Origin: Macrostomum lignano
Lineage: Eukaryota
Assembly: GCA_002269645.1 (NCBI GenBank)
Contig: NIVC01001042.1
Span: 1 to 24,134, forward strand
Length of the DNA stretch: 24,134 bases
Direction: 5' to 3'
Below, one piece after another: positions 9,366 to 17,234 of the stretch (the stretch's first letter is position 1; each line of letters opens with the position of its first letter). Below the pieces are notes generated by a model that saw only the letters and a program-made list of their open reading frames with translations, was not told the DNA's origin and did not search any database. The translations under genes and the position numbers were made by a program.

Positions 9366-9989
9366 ATGTCAGATGCAATTGGTAATGCGTGCACCTGCAA
9401 CCTCTGCTCCGCTCCAGACTGTCGCACAGCTGGTCATTCAAGGTGACTTTGACCAGGTGCAGCAGCTGGCAACCAGTCAGCTTGTGACGACAACCGACCA
9501 AGCCAACCGTACCGTTCTCATGCTAGCAGCCGACTCGCCAAGAATTCCAGATCAGGCTGAAACGTGCATTTTGTACTTAATTAAACTTGGCGCCGATACC
9601 AAAGCGATTGACCAGTCGGGCAACACGGCTGCGCATTTGGCAGCCCGACAGGACAACGTGCGGCTTCTGGCGCTGATGCCTTTCAATGCTAAGTGGCTGC
9701 AGAACAGCCAAGGCCTGACCCCGCTGATGGAGGCGGCTCAAACCGGAAGCTGGATCTGCGCCAAGCACCTGCTGCATCTGCTGCGGCAGTGGAGTCACAT
9801 TGAGTGGACGGAGACCGACAAGAAGGAAGCTGAGAGTTCGGACTCGCCTAAGCAGAATGGCGGCAAAGGACCCGAGAAGCCGAATAACGAACGAAAACGC
9901 CTGCTTGGCCTGAAGGACCTCAACGGTCTGACAGCTGTAGACATTGCGACGCGCAATGGGCATGAAGAGCTGGCTGGGTACATTGAGAG
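9366..9989 (+). CDS. Ankyrin-repeat protein exon (about 4 ANK repeats), part of a multi-exon gene
   Basis: RTVLMLAADS, GNTAAHLAARQDN, GLTPLMEAAQTG, GLTAVDIATRNGHEELAGYI. Polypyrimidine/AG acceptor at 9365 (or ATG at 9373) and a consensus donor AG|GTGAGT at 9990. Confidence 0.85.
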
Positions 9990-10163
9990 GTGAGTAGCTT
10001 GAGTAGCTGGCTCTTGAAACTGTACTATTAATGGCATATAGATCTGTTGACTTAAATCGAGCTGCATAATGCATGGCAGCCAATAAAAACGTTTTCATCC
10101 TACGGATCCTGCCGAATCATGCAGAAAAGTAGAAGTTTACATTAAAATTGTCTTAAATTGTAG

Positions 10164-10218
10164 GGAGATGCGCTTGGTGGTGACTATCGGTGGTCTAATT
10201 TTGGGCCTGACATCTAAG
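10164..10218 (+). CDS. Possible 55-bp next exon of the ankyrin gene
   Basis: aattgtAG| ... |GTAAGC. Joined to the phase-2 donor at 9990 it reads R-EMRLVVTIGGLILGLTSK in frame and ends in phase 0. Confidence 0.4.
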
Positions 10219-11180
10219 GTAAGCCGAAAAATTATTGAAAAAACGATAAATGTTTTTAAATAAACAACGTGCCACTATTTAACTCGGAAACTTTCGAACT
10301 AGATTAAGAATCCAGCCTTGCAGGCGCGCTTACCAGGAGAACTTGTAGCGATCGTAATGCTTTCGTTAAGTCAACTATATTGCTACTTGTTGAATAGCGG
10401 GCACTGCTTCTGTAAGATAACGGTATTATGCTACACTCGCACATTTATGATCGCAAACATGTTGATTTACAGTCACCCGCAAACGTTCTGCTTTAAATAC
10501 TCTGACAGTAGTGTGTGATGTTAGTTTCCTACTGATAACGCGGTGGTCTTGACATTTGAGGAGAGTTCAGAAAAGTCAAAGCAACGTCGCAAAACAACTG
10601 GATATAAATCGTTTATTATTTATTGTAAGTCGACTTTTCAGTACCAATGAGTGCGTGGGATACTTACGGCGACTCTTAGGGCTCTTGGTAAGAGATTAAA
10701 AATCTTAATCAAGAAGGTACAAAAAATCTAAAGCTACAAGATTAGGACAAAAGGGAAAAGAAAACAAGAGAACAAGGATCTTCATTGATCGCATTCATTT
10801 AAACAGGTTGTATAATATCTAGCTAACTCTTAAGTGCATTAAAACAAATACACAGAGTTTAATAAAATTATAGTTAATAGCTCGTAGAAGTGTGTATACA
10901 CAATAAGTCTATAAAATAATAAAACATTTTAACTTCCTAATTTTTTAAGTAGATAAATTGTAGAGCTCTGTGAATTGTGACGAATTCCGTCAGCGCACTA
11001 CTTTTGGGTTTCTTTTGTTCACTTTTATTACATCATCTTCGAAATCGTCAACGAAATCTATGATGTCTAAAATGTGGTGGAAAATTGTCGACCTTCTTGA
11101 TTTACCTACTTGCAGTAGTAGGTTTAGGTTTAATCATCATCATCATAAAACAAGTGATTGTTAGCAGCATTGAAATCTTC

Positions 11181-12508
11181 TCAAATCAAATGTTGATACC
11201 TTGAAAGAATTCTCTGCTCCACTTCATCAGCGTCGTCACGTTGAGAGATTTCCTTGAGCCAGTTGACAGCTTGGTAGTCGCCTGGTGTCAGTTCCAGTCG
11301 CAGGCACTGCAACAGGGCCTCAAAGTTCATATAGTAAAAGTTCTCAAAGTTTTCCATCGGCAACGGGAAGCATTCAGAAATGAAGTCGTAAAAATCACTT
11401 TTCACTCGAAACTGAAATTTATGTCGCTGTCCAAATTTGAAGCAAAACTTCCACGCCGAATCCTGGGTTTCTAAATGCCTCCACACGATGCTTTCAGTTG
11501 CCTCAGCAGCTGGCCTGTCACTGGGCCATGCAAGACAACGGCAAACCTGGTGAGCTCGGCAGTCCGTCAGAAACTCCACGGCGGTGCTCAGGTCGTCAAA
11601 CATAAGGCAGCTCAAAGCTTTGAGACTCTGCCGGGCTGATCGAGCGCAATCTGGCAACTTGTCTAACTGCTCAAACAGAGTAGCATGAGCCTCGCCACCT
11701 TCATAGTTAACTTCAAAGAGACTAAGTAAAGATTCCCTTACTAAATTATACACTTTATGATACGCAGGCTCGTTCGACTTTTGATCCGGGTTCCACAAAA
11801 GAATAGGTAGTATGAGGAACGGATGAAAGTAAAACATGCCTTCAGCACTGACTGGTTTCAGATATTCATTGAAGCTCATCAGCAGCTGGGGCAAGTGGTC
11901 GATCACGTCTCGAAGAACTTGCACGATCTCTTCAAAACTGCTGCGATCGGCACCCTTCAGATACAAAGCCGCATCGCTCAAGAAGAAATGCTCCATTATT
12001 CGGCCATCTGTATTGTCAGCGGAACGACTCGTCTCGACACTGTCCAACAGCATCTGCACCGATCGACGGATGAGTGTCATAAGGTTCTCCGGCTTCCACT
12101 GCTCTTCTGGTGTCTCTTCAAGCATTCGGAACGTGACCGTCTTCGCGTGATACGCCTTCAGACCATGAACTCTGCGACCGATCACCTTCTTGACCAGAAA
12201 CTTGAGCGTGACGAACAGCTGGCCCTGCAGAGTTGTGAGACTCCGTAGCAGGCGTCTCTCTAGGAAGGTGGTGCTCACTCGGAGCTGCTTGCCGGCTTGT
12301 CCAGGAGGTGCCGCGTGAACCACGTGACAGGGCGAGGCTTCGAGCTCGCTTGTGAGAGACTGCAGCACCGTTTGTGGGATGCTGGATTTGGCCAGTCGAT
12401 GAGGCTGCAGCGGCCCGATTGGAGGATAGCAGCAGAGGCGACAGGCGCTCACGCGGTCCACGGCGGGTCGGAGAGTCGAACCGTTCTCTGGCCGGGCTGG
12501 GTTTGACG
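11181..12508 (-). CDS. Gene A exon 3: remainder of Mab-21 domain plus C-terminal domain
   Basis: ctttAG|CGTCAAAC; uninterrupted frame including track ORF 11181..12461; TGA stop at 11183-11181. Confidence 0.9.
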
Positions 12509-15348
12509 CTAAAGTTGGGAAGCAGAATTACGAGTATAATATAAAGTCCTTTCTAGATGACCAAAATACTAAATTTAAGCTCATAATCATTGAACCCTCA
12601 CCAAATCCTTCACATTCTATATGCCCGTTGTAGTAACTTGTTGTTTGTCGACTGTTAGCATTCGGCATTGGCAGAAGCGTCTCACGTGATACAATCGGCC
12701 AGGCATTAGCTGAACTACGTCAATGTCGGATTCAAAATCAGTTCTACCGTCCATACGTGTTAGACTGTTGCCCCAGCCCTCGGAGTAGCTTCCCACTACG
12801 AAGACCTCATTGTCATTCAGTCGGTTTCTTAGAATTGTTTCCAGTACGTCGGCCATTGCACTCTGCATTGCGGCTCTGGTTTCGGAAAATCCCGACTTGG
12901 TTAGTGCTGCGTGTAGCTGCAGACTGAGTTCTGTGTCTTCGGGTTGTGGTCTGAAGTTTAGTGAAGTTAGACATTTCTCCTTAGTATTCTTCTCGTACAT
13001 GTGATAAAAATTACAGCTAAAATACCTGTTTCATAAAATGGAACAAAACTTACCCATACTTAGTAAGGTTTTCAAACTGTTCAAAACGTTTACTAGATAA
13101 GTTCGCTTCTGGCTGAAGAACAGGTGGAATATCAGTACTGTCTTTTATTACTTCAGAGTCTGCAGCGCAATAATCGAAATTTTCTTGAGCCCTTCTGAGT
13201 CGTCTAGCTACAGGCAGATGGTTTTGAGCGAGGGACAACTCCAAAGGCGTATTTCCATCAAGTGCGTGTGGCTGATCGTGCATCTGGCTTCAAGCAGCAG
13301 CTCAACTACTCGATCATGACCTGACTTTGCGGCAATGTGCAGCGGCGACTTGCCACTCTTGGTTCGAATATCCGAATCTGCTTTAGAGCTCAGAAGCAAG
13401 TTGGTAATGTCAGTGTGACCCTGTTGGCTAGATATCAAAAGAGGCGAATATCCCTCTCCGACTTCTTGAAGATCTACTTCGGCTTGGCCTGTCAGGAGGG
13501 AAGACACAACTCCTACGTGACCCCAGTGCACTGCCAAGTGGAGCGGCGACTCTCCAGTATCCCTCTGGACGTCGACATTGGCCTGGGCTCCGATAAGCAA
13601 GTCAACAGTTTCCTGGTGGTTCTCTTGCGCTGCAATGTGCAAAGGTGCTAGAGAAAATTTCCAGAGGACATTCACATCTGCTTGCGACTTTATCAGAGCT
13701 TTGACGACTTCGCTATGGCCAAACTGTGCGGCCATGTATAAAGGCGAGAAGCCTCTTTCGTCTTGCAGTTCAACATCGGCTTGTGCCTTCAATAACTCAT
13801 TGACAACTTTTTCGTGTCCTTTTTGGCAGGCAATGTATAAAGGTGACTGACCGGTAAGCACTCGTGTATTAATGTTTGCTTGTGCTTTTATGAGTGTCTT
13901 AACAGATTCTTGGAGACCATCCTGCGAGGCAATGTAGAGTGGTGTTGCCTGCTCCACAGCTCCGAGATTTAGGTCAGATTGAGCCGTAATAAGCAAATTA
14001 AGCACGTTGATATGATTTTCTTGCGTTGCCATGTAAGCGGCAGTAGCTCCTGACCGAGATCGAAAATTTACATCGGCGTTAGCTGAAACCAATGCTTGCA
14101 ATAACTTGCAATCACCATGCTTAGAGACTAAATGGATTGGAGCGAACCCCTGATCGTCCAGAATATCTAGATTTGAGCGTGCTGTAATTAGGAGGCTGCT
14201 CAATTCGCAAGAGGCTCTGTTTAGCGCAGCATGAAGAGCAGTTTCTCCTGATAATCCTGGAGTATTCGGATCTGCTTGCGAATTGATAAGAAGCTCAATA
14301 ATGTGACGGCTTTCAGCTTGAGTGGCAAGAATGAGAGGTGTCATTGACTGTTCAGTCCGACAATCCAAGTTTGCCATTGCCTTAATTAATATCTGTACCA
14401 CCTGTCTATGACCATTCACGTTGCTGCATGCAAAGGTGATTTTTGGTCACAAGTTTGTGCGTCCGGATCAGCTTGCGCGTTGAGCAGAAAGGTCAAAAGT
14501 TTTTGATTGCCCTTTTCTGCCGAAATGAAAAGCGCGGACCTACCATTTCGAGTCTGTAAATTGACGTCAGCTTGCGCTAGTACAAGTGCTTTGGCTATGT
14601 GATACTGACCAGCTTTTGCCGCAATGAAGAGCGCTGTTGTCTCGTCTTTAGAGAGAAGATCGACATCAGCTTGAGCTGCAATCAGCATCTGAAGCACTTT
14701 CAAATAACCCTCTTGTGACGCCATGAAAATCGGTGACCAGCCCTCGTCGTCAGGCAAATTCACATCTGCATGTGCGTCCAGCAGCTGTCTGACAATTCCA
14801 CGGTGATTGAACTGTACAGCAGCAAGCAGGGGTGTCTCACCAGACTCTGTTTGCAGGTTCACATCGACACCGGCCTTGATTAATTTCCTAACGAATTCGA
14901 CTGAGCCATCCTGGCAGGCGATGTACAGCGGCGAACAACCGTTGCTTTGTCTGAGATTCAAGTCGGCTTGAGACCGAGCCAGATGGTACACAACATCGGG
15001 CCAATTGTCTTGAGCGGCAATGTGCATCGGGCTCGCCCCTTGAAACTGCTGGATATCCAAATCGGCCTGAGCCCTGATTAGCAGATCCACCACTTTGAGG
15101 TGGCCATTCTGCACCGCAAAGAATAACGGCGATTCGTTCTGCTTGTCAACAAGTTGACATCCGCCTGCGCTTTGATGAGCCTGTCAACGACTGCGTAGCG
15201 ACCGAGATAGCAGGCTAGTGCAGTGGAGTTGTACGGCCTGAGCAATATCTGATCTCCTCATTTAGCTCTATTAGCTTCTGAAAGGTGCTTATCAATATCT
15301 GCAAATTCTCCGTCTTGATTGCGTCCAGAAATTCTTTTTTGCTTGCAT
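11181..15348 (-). CDS. Gene A: ankyrin-repeat (about 21) + Mab-21/cGAS-like nucleotidyltransferase (cGLR-type) + C-terminal helical domain; 3 coding exons, about 1325 aa after repair of about 6 frameshifts
   Basis: Exons 15348-13054, 12950-12602 and 12508-11181 with GT..AG introns (103 bp, phase 2; 93 bp, phase 1). Phases close correctly after adding back 6 nt. Motifs: VVGSYSEGWG (12793-12776), SDIDVV (12727-12719), VDRVSA, CHVVH, LRVSTTFLERRLL, LKFL, LKAYHAKTVTF, QWKPENL, MEHFF. Confidence 0.88.
11869..12501 (-). repeat. Left arm of a 633-bp inverted repeat (partner 17751-18383)
   Basis: Manual comparison with the reverse complement of the right arm gave 9 substitutions and no indels (about 98.6% identity). 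Confidence 0.95.
12602..12950 (-). CDS. Gene A exon 2: Mab-21/cGAS-like spine helix and catalytic GS...DxD
   Basis: ttcAG|ACCACAACCC; EDTELSLQLHAALTKSGFSETRAAMQSAMADVLETILRNRLNDNEVFVVGSYSEGWGNSLTRMDGRTDFESDIDVVQL; ends YNGHIECEGF-G|GTGAGG after a 1-nt repair. Confidence 0.87.
13054..15348 (-). CDS. Gene A exon 1: ankyrin array (N-cap + about 21 repeats) and linker
   Basis: Joins an untracked segment MQAKKEFLDAIKTENL...TTPLHLACYLG...SPLFFAVQNG with track ORFs 14416..15114, 13208..14419 and 13050..13283. Repeated TPLH/SPLY-xAxxxG motifs occur every about 33 aa; donor GG|GTAAGT at 13053. Confidence 0.88.
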
Positions 15349-15767
15349 GTCAGCGTTTTTTGCAAATTATTAGCAAAGTAAGACCCTCTTTGAGAATTGC
15401 GATGGCTAAAGAGCTGTAGACAGTAAGCGAGCCATGATAGTCTATTTGTACTGCATCGCTGCAAGTAATGCACTGGATTAGTTGAATTTGAAAAAAGCGC
15501 TCGGGTAAATGCACATATATGCCAGTAGTTTCTTTCTCCCTGCAATTTCTGTCTTTTTGGCGTACACTTCTGTACGCAGAAACGTGCACGACCTAGGATA
15601 GAGAGAAAAATGTACGGTGGGAGTACCTTGTTCGCGGCATTACAATTAATAAGCACTAATGGTGCAATTATTTCAGGCGTAGCTCTGAGGCCCACTTTTT
15701 TCGATAGGCTCTTGGCACAGATCAAGTGCAGAAATTAAAGAGTAAATTTTAAGAATAGGTAAGCAAC
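15349..15767. promoter_or_regulatory. Probable bidirectional promoter/5' UTR region between head-to-head genes A and B
   Basis: 419 bp between the inferred ATG of A (15348) and the ATG of B (15768); AT-rich and non-coding. No specific element is claimed. Confidence 0.55.
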
Positions 15768-17234
15768 ATGGAGATAGAGTATCTCCAGGCCCTACTATCA
15801 GGAAATCTAGTAGTTGTCGATGCCTTTATAGCTGCTGGAGTTCCCGTGGACAAAATGTTCTACATCGGCGACAACTCTGGAGCTGCCCTTCATTTGGCCT
15901 CGTCAACTGGTCAAGTTGCAGTGGTCGACCGGCTGCTGAGAGCTCAAGCCGATGTCAATAGACGTCAAGAAGCCGGCGCCACGCCGCTGTTCCTGGCCGC
16001 CGAGTTTGGGCACGCGGACGTCGCCAAGCTGCTGCTTCAAAACGGTGCAAATGCCGACCTGCCGCGCTGGGACTCAGGCGACGCGCCGCTGCATATCGCA
16101 TGCGACAAGGGCCACACGGCGGTAGTAGATCGACTCATTGCCGCTGGAGCCGACCTCAATCCTGTACAGGAGGCAGGCTGCACCCCCATCTACATGGCAG
16201 CGCAAAATGGCCACTCCAAGATTGTCGCTCGGCTGCTCAGAGCTGGAGTCGACCTTGACTGGCGTTGTCTAACCAACGGGAATTCTGCTCTGCTCGCAGC
16301 CACTCAGGAAGGTCACGCTCGCGTTGTTGCTAGCCTTATTCAAGCGGCAGCCAACGTGAATCTTACTAACAAAAAAGGTGAAACAGCGTTGCACTTTGCT
16401 GCTCAAAATGGACAACTCAAGATTACTCAGCTACTTCTCAAGAGCCGCGCCGATGCCAACGTCAAAGCAAGCAACGGCTGCGAACCGATTCACACCGCGG
16501 CTCAGAACGGAAATCTGGCAATAGTGCAAGCCCTGATCGCAGCCCAGGCGGACGTCAACACTGTCGAGGTGGACGGTGCGTCTCCAGTTTACATCGCCTC
16601 ACAGAATGGCCATCAAAGAGTTATCAAAACTCTGATTGAATCGCAGGCTAACATTGATCATCAGCGCAATGACGGCGTGTCAACGATTTACATTGCCGCT
16701 CAAGAGGGTCACAGCGAAGTGGCCAGGCTGCTAGTGCGCTCTGGAGCAGCAAAAGTGGATGCACAAACTAGGACAGGAGAGACTCCACTGCACATTACTG
16801 CTCAGAGAGGCGACCAAGCGACTCTATACGAGCTTCTTCAAGCAGCTCAAGGTAGTCCAGTGAATTCGAAGCAGAACGACGGCTGCTCGCCGATTTTTCT
16901 GGCAGCGCAGTTCGGTCATTGGAAAGCCATTGAGCGTCTTATTCACGCTGGTGCCGATGTCAACACGACAAGAGCGACTACAGGGCAGACACCTCTGCAC
17001 GCCGCAGCTGAGAATGGACATCCAGAAGCGACTAAATCGCTGCTCCGATGCTTTGCTGATGTCACTGCAACAGACAGGGATGGTCAACCCTTTAGACTTG
17101 GCTAAAAATGTAACCACAAAACAGTTGCTGAACTTCTTGGAAGGCCCTATATGGCAGGATAATTCAGAAGATGCTGGGACTGTGCAAGACGAGCCGATAA
17201 CGTCACAAGTTGATAAAAGCAGTTCCAGCTTGAG
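15768..17234 (+). CDS. Gene B exon 1: ankyrin array (N-cap + about 13 repeats) and linker
   Basis: Track ORF 15768..17105 continues in the frame of 16930..17238 (DGQTPLDLAK after a 2-nt repair at about 17087); donor AG|GTAATA at 17235. Confidence 0.9.

Noticed and set aside
12602-12665. Both paralogs shift frame shortly before the exon 2 donor, suggesting a conserved programmed frameshift or stop
   Set aside because: The shift in A fits best about 30 nt upstream of the one in B (CCC>CC after CQC), there is no shared slippery sequence, and similar deletions are scattered across both genes.
12456-12793. Bacterial CBASS CD-NTase operon interpretation
   Set aside because: Spliceosomal GT-AG introns at matched positions, SINE and satellite context, no Cap effectors.
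15525-15540. ISRE/IRF-like AGTTTCTTTC in the intergenic region
   Set aside because: Spacing does not match the consensus and it lies in a pyrimidine tract; too weak to call.
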